DNA of 64,000 nt from Hamiltosporidium tvaerminnensis FI-OER-3-3 (taxonomy: Eukaryota > Fungi > Microsporidia). Below, piece after piece: positions 48,248 through 59,749 of the stretch. The notes below the pieces were generated by a model. It saw only the letters and a program-made list of their open reading frames with translations. It was not told the DNA's origin and did no database searches. Location of the stretch: NCBI GenBank assembly GCA_022605425.2, contig CM061247.1, positions 124,001 through 188,000 on the forward strand. Direction: 5' to 3'. Both the position numbers and the translations under genes were made by a program. Numbering within the stretch: position 1 is the first letter of the stretch; each line of letters begins with the position of its first letter.

Positions 48248-49525
48248 ATGAGTAAAAAGATATGTGAGCATTTATCGTTTGATAATTTTAAAAAGATTGA
48301 ACCAAAAATAACAGAAATATACTATAAGTTTATTAATAATATAAATTTAAAAGAAAAGCATATTAATATAGGTTGTAGTAATTGTGAAAGTAAATTCTAC
48401 ATTCATATATGTCTTAATTGTTTGACAACTTCTTGTTTTAAAAATAAACATTACATTTTACATTTGAATGAAAATAATCATGAATTTTCATTTAATATTG
48501 AAAAATGTCTTATTTATTGTATAAAATGTAACAAATATAATTCTATAAATGAATTATCTTCATTAAAATGTAGAAAAAATACGGAAATATTAAAATCAAT
48601 CAGAAGCTACGTAAATTATAAAAAAATCCCAGAATTGTGTGTTAAAGGAATACAAAATCATGGAAATACATGTTATATAAACTCAATTCTTCAAATATTT
48701 ATAAATTCTAGAAAAATACAAAACATATTTTTTAGTCTTGAACATCAAACTAAACTATGCAAAATGAAAAATTGTCTTTACTGTTCAATAAAAATTGTTT
48801 TGAATGATTTATTTTCGAATTCTAAATATACAATAAATATAACAAATTTTATTTATAATCTTTGGAAAAATGAAAATATTTTAATTGGAAACAAGCAATA
48901 TGATGCACATGACTTTTATTTGACACTTTGTCAAAATTTGCACTCGAAAAATTCTAATGAAAATTTTGATTCTAAAAATTGTAACTGTATGATTCATAGA
49001 ATGTTTTTTGGAACTTTTATTTCGTCGCTTGAATGCCAAAAATGTAAAAATATTTCTTCTAAAATCGAATCTTTTCTCAGTATTTCTTTAGAAATGAAAA
49101 ACGAACATGAAATCGGTATAAAGGATTTGAAAGCTGCAATTAATAATTTCCTAACTGCTGAGCCATTAACGGATGAAGTAAGTTGTTTGGTTTGTGCCAT
49201 AAAAACACCCGCTATTAAAAATGTCAAGATTCAATCTCTTCCTGAAATACTCTGTTTTCATATAAAAAGATTTAGAATCTTTAATAAAACACCGATCAAA
49301 ATCGAAGAAAATATCAACTACCCAGAATTTATAACTCTAAATAATATTAATTACGAAATCTATGGCATAGTAAGACATATTGGAAACCTTGAAAACGGAC
49401 ACTTTGTTTCTTATATTAGATTAAATAAAAAATGGTATAAATTTGATGATGAATGTATTACCTGTATTACTTATCTAGAAGCAATGAAAATACAAGCATT
49501 CTTAATTTTTTATTCAAAAGTATAA
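48248..49525 (+). CDS. UBP8: Ubiquitin-specific protease with N-terminal zf-UBP (Ubp8/USP22-like)
   Basis: CEH..C..C..CL.C..C...H..H zinc finger; Cys box GIQNHGNTCYINSILQ; QYDAHDF; His box HIGNLENGHFVSY, WYKFDD. Confidence 0.8.
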   Translation: MSKKICEHLSFDNFKKIEPKITEIYYKFINNINLKEKHINIGCSNCESKFYIHICLNCLTTSCFKNKHYILHLNENNHEFSFNIEKCLIYCIKCNKYNSINELSSLKCRKNTEILKSIRSYVNYKKIPELCVKGIQNHGNTCYINSILQIFINSRKIQNIFFSLEHQTKLCKMKNCLYCSIKIVLNDLFSNSKYTINITNFIYNLWKNENILIGNKQYDAHDFYLTLCQNLHSKNSNENFDSKNCNCMIHRMFFGTFISSLECQKCKNISSKIESFLSISLEMKNEHEIGIKDLKAAINNFLTAEPLTDEVSCLVCAIKTPAIKNVKIQSLPEILCFHIKRFRIFNKTPIKIEENINYPEFITLNNINYEIYGIVRHIGNLENGHFVSYIRLNKKWYKFDDECITCITYLEAMKIQAFLIFYSKV

Positions 49526-50776
49526 AACGATTAGAGTTTTATTTTTTTAATTTAGTATGGAGCAAATTCATAAACAATATTTCTTCAATTATTTAATCAT
49601 CTTCTGTAAATTCTTTAAATTTACAAAAGTCAATCCAAGGTATTTTAATTTTGTTTTTGAAATATATATTATTCATAATTAATTAAACAAATATTAAATG
49701 TTAGATAATTTTATAATTCAAAAATATTTGAAATTTAAAAACATTTTGGAAATCAATATACTCCTATCTGTTTTTATAGCGCTATAATTATTTTTATAAA
49801 TCTTTAATCTTGTATTTCAATATTATTTTTAATTTAGTTCATTATTAGAAAAAATTTGATAAAAATAAAAATTAAAAAAAATATTTTCCTAAATATTTCT
49901 TTTATTTATTATAATGCGGATGAGTTCAAAATTTAATTACCTTTAAAGCCTTGTTTATTTGTAAAAATACAGATAAATTTAAATAATTAAGTAAATAGAT
50001 TCAATAAATACCAGTCATTTATCAAAACATATTTTATTTGTTATATCTCTTAATGGAAATAAGATAAATCATCTTTTTAAATATCAAAAGCATGATTTAG
50101 TCAATTATTTATTATTTATTATTTAAAGCCTTTTGAAACCTTACGTTCGATTTATTTTTAATATCCGATTCGATATATTAATAAAATCTTGTATTTTAAT
50201 ACGGTTTGTTAGATCAATGAAACTCCAAAATAAAATAATTTAATAGAATTTAAATGAAATTATAGTAACATTTTTAAAATTCTCGTTCATTTATAATTCT
50301 ATATATTTAAAGAAAAACCTTACGGTGATAAATTAAATAAAAATATTAAATAGATTATTAGAGATTATACATATGTTTTCCAATGAAGACATAGGCTTGG
50401 TTTTTTCATTTTCTAGATAAATATAATCTTCAGGTATATCTTTTTATTATAAATTGTTTTGTTTAAACTTAAAATGTTTTGATTTTGAAATCATTGAGAC
50501 ATGTATTCAAACTGTAAACATCTAATGAAAAATTATCAAATATATTATAAAGAAAAATATTGAGTGCAAAAAATATATTTTGATGTTGAAAAAATTAAAT
50601 ATGTACTATATGCTGTTTTTATTTCGACTATCTAAATTTTAAATCAAGGAAAATGACATGGTGTTTATGTTTGAATTATATTTTAGATCTTATAAATATA
50701 ATAATGGTTTTAGAAAGAAAATATGTATATTTAAGCAATTAGTTCGAGAAAATATAAATATATAAGAAAAGTTTAT

Positions 50777-52840
50777 TTAATATCCGGCAGATTCGCCACC
50801 TTTTCTTTTGTCTGAAAAAGCTTGTATAATCTTTTCGCCGTCTTTATTTTTTATCATGTGAATACCCTGGACAGAGGTGAATATTGAGTTTTGCCGAGAT
50901 ACTTCTATAACTTGGCCTAGGTTTCTTAAATAATCACGTATTTCGATCGGAAAGGTATCCTCTACAAATGTTTTTGAGGGAAATAATTGGTGATGTATTC
51001 TCGGTTCCATTATTGCATCTGACAACCTTTTATTCAATAGTAAATGGAAAATCACTAGAATTATAGATGTGGGTATTCTTGTTCCACCTGCTGCGCCCAA
51101 CATTAATATTTCATTATATTTCATAAGTATTACAGGTGAAGCGGAAGAAAATGGTCTTTTGTATGGTTCTAGAATATTCGATGGCATATTTCCTAGGTCA
51201 AATGAATTTAAAATATTCGGAACATAAAAGTCATCCATTTGATCATTAAAAATTATTCCGGTTTCTTTGTCCATAAATTTAGCTCCGAATTCCAAATTTA
51301 TTGTTGATGTAAGAAGAACTAGCATCTCATCCGAATCAATTACATTCAAATGTGTGGTTCCATGATCTTCTACAGTAGGACTTCCGTACCTATATTCTTT
51401 ATCTTTTAAAACACCGTCAAATCTAATCAAGTCTACGATTTTTTTGACATATCCTTTAGAAATAATTTCGGCAACAAGTTTTTTTGGATCTTTCATAAAA
51501 TCAGGATCAGCAAATTCTCCACGACGCGCTGAAATAAATTTGAAAATTTCTATTAACAAATGGTAATGAAGATATGATTTGTTTTTCTCTGAATCTTCTT
51601 TGATTTCTTTAATATCAAAATGCTCTAATATGTTCATGGCTTCAATTATACTTAATCCACTGGTAGGCAAACTAGTTGTATAAATATCATATTCTCGATA
51701 TTTTCCCGCCAAAACTTCTCTTTCTATTGCTTTATATTTGGTTAAATCTTCTTTTTTCATTACACCACCTTTATCAGAAATAGATTTAACAATCTTATCT
51801 GCAATTTCACCGTTGTAAAAAGATAAAGGATCTTTAGCTATTTTTTCCAATGTTTTTGCGTAATTCATTCGGCTAATAAAATCCCCTTCTTCAACTAATT
51901 TTCCATTTTTTGTATAGATCTCGGATAATCCTGGATCGGAAAATATTTGCTGTTTAAAATTTTCAATTCTGATTCTAAGTTGTCTGCTAACGCGGAATTT
52001 TTTTGCAATATTTATATTTTCAGTGAATAAATCTTTCCATTTGAGCTTTCCATATTTTTGATGTGCTAAATATAGTCCGGCAATTTCACCTGGTACTCCA
52101 ACAGCCAACCCACCGGATTTTATATGATCATGTTTATCTTTGAAAAGATTAGTATTTAAAGCACCTGGAGCAGTTTCTCTAAAATCAATCATCGTAAAAT
52201 TACCATTCTCTTTGGATTCATCTGGTATTCTAATCAGCATAAACCCCCCTCCACCTATTCCCGATGAAAATGAATTTACGATACCAACACAAATTGTTGA
52301 TGCAACAACAGCATCAACTGCATTCCCCCCCATTTTTAGAATTTTTACTCCGATCTCCGAGCTTTCTGGAACTTCTGTCGAAACAGCAGCTGATGTAAAA
52401 CATATATCTTCATGCGTGTTTCCACCTGGAAAATAAACTTTATTATCTATACAGCGAGGCTTCAGAACATCTCCTTTTACCGGATTTTCTTCCAGTACAT
52501 CTTCTTGTTTCAATTCAGCTTCAGCTGTTTTATCTGATAAAGTTTTAATATTTCCCTTTTTATCATTCTTTTCATTGGTACTTATATCATCTAGACTATT
52601 GGAAGCCCTGTCAACAACTCCACTTTCAAATCTAATATTAGATAGTTCTTTATCATCCGTAAGCTCACCATTATCACTACTACTATCATGATTCCGTGTC
52701 TTCTTATACGTTTCCTTTTCCAATAAACCATTTGCTGAAGACACTAAATTTATCTTTTTACTTTTTAATGGTGCTGCTTCTATAATAATTTCAATGTATA
52801 AATAAAAAAGGAGAAACTTAAACATGAAATTTTTTGTCAT
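50777..52840 (-). CDS. Gamma-glutamyltranspeptidase with N-terminal signal or anchor and a charged extension
   Basis: GGNAVDA, SSGIGGGGF, IDFRETAP, VGVPGE, autocleavage site HG|TTHL, STIN..FG, NDQMDDF, KRPFSS, GAAGG.RI, SD.RKGG. Confidence 0.93.
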   Translation of the reverse strand: MTKNFMFKFLLFYLYIEIIIEAAPLKSKKINLVSSANGLLEKETYKKTRNHDSSSDNGELTDDKELSNIRFESGVVDRASNSLDDISTNEKNDKKGNIKTLSDKTAEAELKQEDVLEENPVKGDVLKPRCIDNKVYFPGGNTHEDICFTSAAVSTEVPESSEIGVKILKMGGNAVDAVVASTICVGIVNSFSSGIGGGGFMLIRIPDESKENGNFTMIDFRETAPGALNTNLFKDKHDHIKSGGLAVGVPGEIAGLYLAHQKYGKLKWKDLFTENINIAKKFRVSRQLRIRIENFKQQIFSDPGLSEIYTKNGKLVEEGDFISRMNYAKTLEKIAKDPLSFYNGEIADKIVKSISDKGGVMKKEDLTKYKAIEREVLAGKYREYDIYTTSLPTSGLSIIEAMNILEHFDIKEIKEDSEKNKSYLHYHLLIEIFKFISARRGEFADPDFMKDPKKLVAEIISKGYVKKIVDLIRFDGVLKDKEYRYGSPTVEDHGTTHLNVIDSDEMLVLLTSTINLEFGAKFMDKETGIIFNDQMDDFYVPNILNSFDLGNMPSNILEPYKRPFSSASPVILMKYNEILMLGAAGGTRIPTSIILVIFHLLLNKRLSDAIMEPRIHHQLFPSKTFVEDTFPIEIRDYLRNLGQVIEVSRQNSIFTSVQGIHMIKNKDGEKIIQAFSDKRKGGESAGY

Positions 52841-54133
52841 CCTTGTATTTATATTTTTATTTTTGTATTTTTTTTGTATCAGATTGAATATAATTAGAAC
52901 ATATAAGGCAAAACAAGTTTCATAATTTGTGATTTAAGAATATAGCATTCTTAAAAAGCTTGCAAATAAATTAAAAGAATCATATAATTCGTATTACAAA
53001 TTCTTTTTTCCACTAAAAACCATTAAAATATTAGACCAGAAAACTTGAAATTTTTTAATATTAGACAATTATAGATAGTATAATATAATTTCATCTATTT
53101 AAGAAATCTAATAATTGATTTTATATTCTCATACATGAAATAGATTTCAACATACAAATCACCTGGATGTATTAAATTGAAAAGCAATAAAGTTTAAAAT
53201 TAAATTTTGGTTTTGATCATTAAACATTAATTAACAGTATAAAAAATACTGATATTTTTTCGCATTAGATTAAAATATACTTCAATTTTATATTAAAGGC
53301 GAAATCAAATTCCATTTAATTGTATCTTAGCTAATTTAAATTTTTAATAGAATAAATTCAGAGAACCAAAATTTCTTAAATAATTCCTAAAAAACCATTC
53401 TTCTTAACTCCTAAATAGAGCTAAGAAAGCATTCAAAATATCATTAAAGGTGTTTAATAAAGCAATCGATTGTTTTTATTTTATGTTTAGAAATTTATTC
53501 TAAAGATTTGTATAAAATAAATCTTAAATATGCAATCTTTTTGTACGAAATATATTTTTTTTGAAATTTACACATTTCAATTTCATAAAAATTTCCACAC
53601 AAATTTGTTAGTAATTCGTCATTTAAAGTATATGTCAAACATTTTTTTTCGAAACTTTAAATTCTTGATTTATAAAATACAGGCTTGTTTTAAAAGCCTT
53701 TATGTTTCTATTTTACCATAAATAGATAATATTTTATTGATTAAATTACGAAAACTTTGTTATCAGAGAATAATTTAATTCTTTCTTTAAACAATTATAA
53801 ATCTTTTATAAATATCACCGAAGATTAAAACGAATTAAAATATAATTTTAATGGTAAATAGACTTAAAAACTCATTTTTATTATCGTTTTTTAGATCAAA
53901 TTTCTTTAGAATTTAAATCTAATCTTTTAAAAATAATTTAAGAACAGAATTTAATAACTAAAAAATTAGCCCATATAAATACAAATTCCGAGTTTAACCT
54001 TTTTACTAAGTGTATCAAACAATGTATTAGTCTTCATTTTTTACGTAATACTCAGAAATAAGTTTAAATTCAGATTATAAGCATAAGGAACAAATTTTTA
54101 ACATAAAATAAACCTTAAAAAAATATATTTATG

Positions 54134-55250
54134 TATTTGATAAATTTCAGGGTTGAAATGCAATCTTCAAATATTTTGCTTTTTCATCTTCCTCTTGTAC
54201 GCCATATTTTTTTCATCTAAATCTGGCTCTTCATTTATGTTTATCGTCGATTAATCTAACGCGCTTCACCATCTGAATTAAGGGGTGTATTTTTTCTCTT
54301 TTTACTATTTTTAACACCATATTCCTCCTTATTACCTCGTTTTAAAAAAATACTAGTTCCTCATACATCTCTGATCTCATAATAACACCCATTGACGCTC
54401 TCTCCCAGCTCTCTTCGGCATTTAGTCCCGACTCAAGTCCTCTTCGTCGATCAAAGGAAATTGTTTCGACTGTCTTCTTAAGTACCATAGACTGAATGTA
54501 TGCCTCTTCGTTCATGGGTATTTCTAGTCTTTTAAGGTGAAACTTATGGTATTTTGCCACAATACCGTTCCGGGTCATCACATAAGGCATTATCTAGACA
54601 CTACAACTATAAATAAGACCAAAATCATTTGCTAATAGGTCATACTTCCTAAGTTTTTCAGTTTCAACTATTTGAAGTGAATCTTGGGAAGTGATTCCTA
54701 CTTCAATGCGTGTGATCTTATTCTTCTTCTTATCTAAAATAAATATGTCCGGTCTGTTATTCCGAATTTCAACATCAGTTTTAATTCAGGTGTCCACTCA
54801 AGTCTCTGCATACTCATTATCAAGAATTTCTTGAACTGAGTGACTCTAATTCGTTTTGAGGACTTAAACTTATATATATTTAGCAAGAGAAGGTGCATGG
54901 ATCTAATCACTTCATTTTAGTCAGGTTTAGTCATAAAATAGCATTTTATTTCATTGGTTGATAGATGATCTACAGTTTTACTATATTATTACAGTGTTGA
55001 TACACACCTTTCGCTTCCCAGAATATATTTCTATCCTGAATATAACAGAACACTGCTTCATCATATGGCCGAATTTTACCCTTCTTTAGTCATATTTAAG
55101 AGTCACTAACACTCATAAGCTCATTTTTTCTTGCATTATAAAACTCTGAATGAAGTTTTCGTTTTTCTATTTCGTTATATAGTTTTGCAAGTTAAGCTTC
55201 TCCAAACTTTTCTTAGTGACTTCTTCTTTAAACCTATACTTTACTTTAAA
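54134..55250 (-). mobile_element. 5'-truncated, mutated copy of the RLE retrotransposon
   Basis: Reverse complement matches 41300-42420; the 54342-54590 ORF is a near copy of the element's C-terminus. Confidence 0.9.
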
Positions 55251-55699
55251 TTGCTTACACACGTTTAATTATTAAAATATAGAAATGAACATTTCCCAAG
55301 TTTTTAAAAAAGAACTGCAATGCATCAAATTATTTAAAAGAATAAAAAAAAAATAGATTTTAATAATTCATAAAAAAATAAAATCTATAAAAATTAATTT
55401 AATAAAAAAACTTGACTTAAAAAATCAACCTAATAAAGCTCTCTTCCTATAAAAAAAAAGATATTTAAAAATCAATTTACTAAAAAAACTCTAATTTTCA
55501 ATCAAATCTATGCTAAACTCTCCTCTAAAAAACAAAATTTATAAAAATTAATTTCATTTAAAACAATAAATTCTTTTAAAAATTAATTTACCAAAAAAAA
55601 TTGCATAAAAAAAATAGAAATTCACAGATTTTATTCATTTAAGCTTCTTCCTAATTTTGAACAAAGAGAAACACATTTGTTCTTAATAATCCCTTTCTC

Positions 55700-55900
55700 C
55701 TTCCCATTCTCTTCTCACTCCCTTCTCTAATCATCTCTCTCTCCCTACTCCTTCTTCTTCTCTTTACATTTCTCATTCTCTTCTCACACCTTCTCTAATC
55801 ATCTCTCATTCCCTACTCCTTCTTCTTCTCTTTCCATTTCTCATTCTCTTCTCAATCCTTCTCTAATCATCTCTCTCTCCCTACTCCTTCTTCTTCTCAA
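55700..55900. repeat. 68-bp tandem repeat (~3 copies) that includes the RPN2 stop codon
   Basis: ctctaatcatctctc recurs at 55725, 55793, 55861; each unit contains ccctactccttcttcttctc. Confidence 0.88.
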
Positions 55901-58451
55901 TTTTTATTCCCCAATCCTCCAAACCAAAATCCTCCTTCTCATTATAACAAACTCTACCACCACTCTCAACATAATAACCAGCCACTTCTTCTTCCTCAAC
56001 CTTTACTTCTTCTTTGATACCCCCCAATCTTCTTTTAAGTTTTCTACTTTTTTTACTTTCCGGTAATTTAATAACAGGATCGTTTCTTTTAACCTTCTCA
56101 CTATAAATAACACTATCAATCCATTCTCCTTCCTCATCAACTCTAAAATATCCACTCGGTTGAACACACAAAGATAAAAATCCAATATACGGATAGAAAT
56201 ACCAATACATCATAAACAATACAAATCCAACAACTCTTTCACCTGTAATTTTACCGTAGGAATTAAAAAGTGAAAAAAAACAATTTCTACTTCCACATTC
56301 TAACAATCCTCTACCCAACACACCACCAAACCGCGCAGAATAATCGTCACTTCTTTCCATAATTAAGATATTTATTCTGTCTACAACCTTGTAGTACCTC
56401 TCTTTGTCATACACACCTCCTTCTCCACATACACCACTACACTGCATCAAAACCAATCCTGCACATATACAACCTACTTGTCTTACAACACCATCACTAC
56501 TCTTCATCATATTCTCTGCAATTCTAACCACTCGTTCGTCTCCGCTTCCACAGAATAAAAATCCTAAAACCAATCCAACACTACAAATAACCACCGTGTC
56601 ATGACTTCCACTGTAAAATTGTAAAAATTTAAAACATTTTTCTCTGTCACTACACAGAACCAACCCAACACCAATTACACTGACTCTTCTAACTCCACTA
56701 TCATTATCATTCATACCTTTCAATAAGACACCAGTCACTTCAGAATCTTCACTGCCACAATAACTTGTTCCTAATCCTAAATACCCAGCCATCCTCTCAA
56801 TTACATTTCCACTACAAATCATATCATTTATATGTTTTCTATATTTGTCACGACTCATACAAAACATAAAAGAAATGCTTACAGCAGAATTTCGAGCAAC
56901 TCTTTCGTGTTCAGAATTTATTAAAATATCTTTTAAAGAATTAAAAGTATTTAAAATGAAATTTTCTTCCTTCGAAATCTGAGATTCAGAATTTTGATTT
57001 TTCAAAGTCTCATTTTTCAAGTTTTTAGAATCATTATTTTCCGAAGTAGAAGTCTCAGAAATCTGAGATTCCGAGTTTTCATTTTTCAAGTTTTTAGAAA
57101 TTTGAGATTCAGAATCTTCATTTTTCAAGGTCTCATTTTTAAAATTTTTAGAAATTTTATTTTTTAAATTCTCACAAATATTTAAAAAGGAATCTTCTTT
57201 AAAACAAATACCTTCATTCAACATAACAAGTCCAATTCCGAGTGCAGCCCCTTCACTTGCCAATCCACCTTCAATTTTTAAAAGTAGCTTTTCTACAACT
57301 TCTTTATCTTTCTTTCCCATACAAACCAATCCCAGTCCAACACATGCACCATACACTATTTCTTCTGTAGATCCTTTTTCCATATACATCGTAATAAACG
57401 TAATATCTTCTTGTCTCCAGAAACCACAATTTACCAATCCAAGTGCCATTAAAGATCCACCACTTCCTTTAGCAACAGGAAACATATTTTTTAATACTTC
57501 ATACACACTATTATTTCCTTTATGAATAATTCCAATACACATTATACTTACAAATTTTGACATCTGTTTGACAGATGAAAATATTTCTATATTATTTCTA
57601 TAAAAAGTGTCATTTGTAGATTTTATATTTATAAATGCATTTACATAAGAAAGTGAAACTATATTAGAAGAAGTAAGCATAGATTTGTATCGAGAAAGAG
57701 CAGAAAGCAAAGAAAAATCATTTTTGTTATTTAAAAGAAAAAATTTTAAAATGACTTTTTCTCTAAAAGAACCATCAAGAATAGAAATTAGTATTTCATT
57801 ATCTTTGTTCACAGAACTTTCGTCCAAATTTTTATTTTCGTCCGAATTTATTATCAAATCTGTAGAATTATTAATAATTTCATTAGAAAAATACGGATAA
57901 GTTTCTTGTAAATACAAACCAGCATTGAAACACATATATTTATCTTGATAATACAAAAGAGACAAGAGTTGTGGTATTTTGTCTTTTTTAGTATAAAAAT
58001 ATGAATCAATAAGAATATTTATGGGTAGATTAGGGGTTTCTGAAAGACATCGGTACATTTTTAAGGAAGGCATTTTTTGTATCAATTCTGGTATAATAGG
58101 GTGCTGTGCAAGATATGGAAGAAGAACAGGTAAAGATTTATATTGCTGAGTAGAAACCAAGTAACACAACAAAGAAGATAAATCTATTTCTGAATTCTTT
58201 AATGAAAGTTCATTTTCATCAATAAAATATGAAAGGTCTTTTTGATCAGAATGCGGATACAAAAGTGTATGAAAAAGTGGAAGTACAGAACAGTTTTTAT
58301 ACTGTTTAGAAATAAAAGAGTGAAGGGAGAAAAGTGAAGGTGAGGAGTACTCGGAAGGTTGTGTGTACTGAGAGAATAAATGGATATGCGATTCTACAAA
58401 TTCTTCAGGAAGAGAATCTATTTTGTCGAGAAGTAGAAGTGATTTAAGCAT
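55881..58451 (-). CDS. RPN2: 26S proteasome regulatory subunit Rpn2 (PSMD1)
   Basis: TNDTFYRNN, KF....IGIIHKGN, GGSLMALGL, PC repeats, D...VRR..V.GVG, VRQ, RFG..LG.G..E.G.RN, FMMYWYFYP...FLSL. Confidence 0.88.
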   Translation of the reverse strand: MLKSLLLLDKIDSLPEEFVESHIHLFSQYTQPSEYSSPSLFSLHSFISKQYKNCSVLPLFHTLLYPHSDQKDLSYFIDENELSLKNSEIDLSSLLCYLVSTQQYKSLPVLLPYLAQHPIIPELIQKMPSLKMYRCLSETPNLPINILIDSYFYTKKDKIPQLLSLLYYQDKYMCFNAGLYLQETYPYFSNEIINNSTDLIINSDENKNLDESSVNKDNEILISILDGSFREKVILKFFLLNNKNDFSLLSALSRYKSMLTSSNIVSLSYVNAFINIKSTNDTFYRNNIEIFSSVKQMSKFVSIMCIGIIHKGNNSVYEVLKNMFPVAKGSGGSLMALGLVNCGFWRQEDITFITMYMEKGSTEEIVYGACVGLGLVCMGKKDKEVVEKLLLKIEGGLASEGAALGIGLVMLNEGICFKEDSFLNICENLKNKISKNFKNETLKNEDSESQISKNLKNENSESQISETSTSENNDSKNLKNETLKNQNSESQISKEENFILNTFNSLKDILINSEHERVARNSAVSISFMFCMSRDKYRKHINDMICSGNVIERMAGYLGLGTSYCGSEDSEVTGVLLKGMNDNDSGVRRVSVIGVGLVLCSDREKCFKFLQFYSGSHDTVVICSVGLVLGFLFCGSGDERVVRIAENMMKSSDGVVRQVGCICAGLVLMQCSGVCGEGGVYDKERYYKVVDRINILIMERSDDYSARFGGVLGRGLLECGSRNCFFSLFNSYGKITGERVVGFVLFMMYWYFYPYIGFLSLCVQPSGYFRVDEEGEWIDSVIYSEKVKRNDPVIKLPESKKSRKLKRRLGGIKEEVKVEEEEVAGYYVESGGRVCYNEKEDFGLEDWGIKIEKKKE

Positions 58452-59743
58452 TTTTTAAGGGGTGAATGTTTTTTTATGAAAAAATAAATTTTGAAGAGAA
58501 AAAAAGGGATTTTTTTACTTTTTTGAAGTGAAAAAAATAAGGAAATTTATTATTTTCGAATAGAAAAAAGGGATTTTTTATTATTTTCGAATAGAAAAAG
58601 GAAATTTACTATTTTTGAGGAATTTAATAGAAAACAAATTAGAAGTTATTATTTCAAAAACTATTTACGAAAAAATTTGTTTTAATTAGATTTATGTAGT
58701 ATAAGACCAATTTCCTATTTGGAATAATAGATCTGATATAGTTACTTGAATATGAAATACAGCAATGCCTTAGATTAAATTCTTAATAAAAGATATAATT
58801 ATTTAAGAAACGTAGCAATAATTATAGAAGAATCAATTGTTTTCAAAAAATAAAAATGATTTAAACTACGAGAAACATAGAAAATATTTAAGAAATAAAA
58901 ATTTTGATTTTTAATAAATCATTTGAATAATTCTATTCGATGATATCCAAGATCTTATTTTTATAAAATATTACAAAAAATATTAATGAGACATTAGGAT
59001 CGGTTAGAATTGAAAATTTATCTTTGCTGTATATTCCACAAAAACCAATTTAAACTGACTTAAATACTATGAAGTATTATATTCAGAACTAAATTACATT
59101 GACTTGTCTGTTTTAAATCTCATATAAATATATCAAAAAGAACTTTGTTTTAGAAAATTAGATGTCTTCATTATTTCTGAAGAGGAAGAAAATGGAATAA
59201 AAAAATATTTAAAATATGAAGACAAAAAGAGAATTGAAGCAAAAATTAAATATGGGATTCGAAATTAAAAAAAAAAAATTTCTGAAAAAATAAAAATGAA
59301 AAAAAAAGAGAGAAACGAAACAAAAATTAAATATTTGATTCGAAATTCAAAAAAAAATATCTGAAAAACTAAAAATGAGGGAAAAACGGGAAATGAAGCA
59401 AAAATTAAATATTTGATTCGAAATTCAAAAAAAAAAATATCTGAAAAATTAAAAATGAGGGAAAAAAGAGAGAAACGAAACAAAAAGCAAAGAATTTATT
59501 TAAAATGCAAAAATATTACTAAAAGAGTAAAAGAAAAGAAATAATGACAAAAATTTAAACTAGTATACTATACTTACACAGGAATAACTCAAAAATGAAA
59601 GACCATTTATAAATTTTAAATATCGAAAAATAAAAGAATGGAATTTCATAAACTTGAAACTCACAAAGAAACATTTCGTTTTGAATTTTAATATTTTTTC
59701 TTAAAAAAAGATCAAAATATATTTTTTTATTTGACTTTGAATA

Positions 59744-59749
59744 CCCATG
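59744..59749 (+). promoter_or_regulatory. CCC motif next to the start codon (microsporidian core promoter signal), representative instance
   Basis: cccATG here; also ccctaagaATG (7479), cccATG (10530), cccctaATG (32279), cccttctATG (48248), ccctttATG (43864), ccccttaaaaaATG (58451), ccctagaATG (7251) despite very low GC. Confidence 0.75.
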
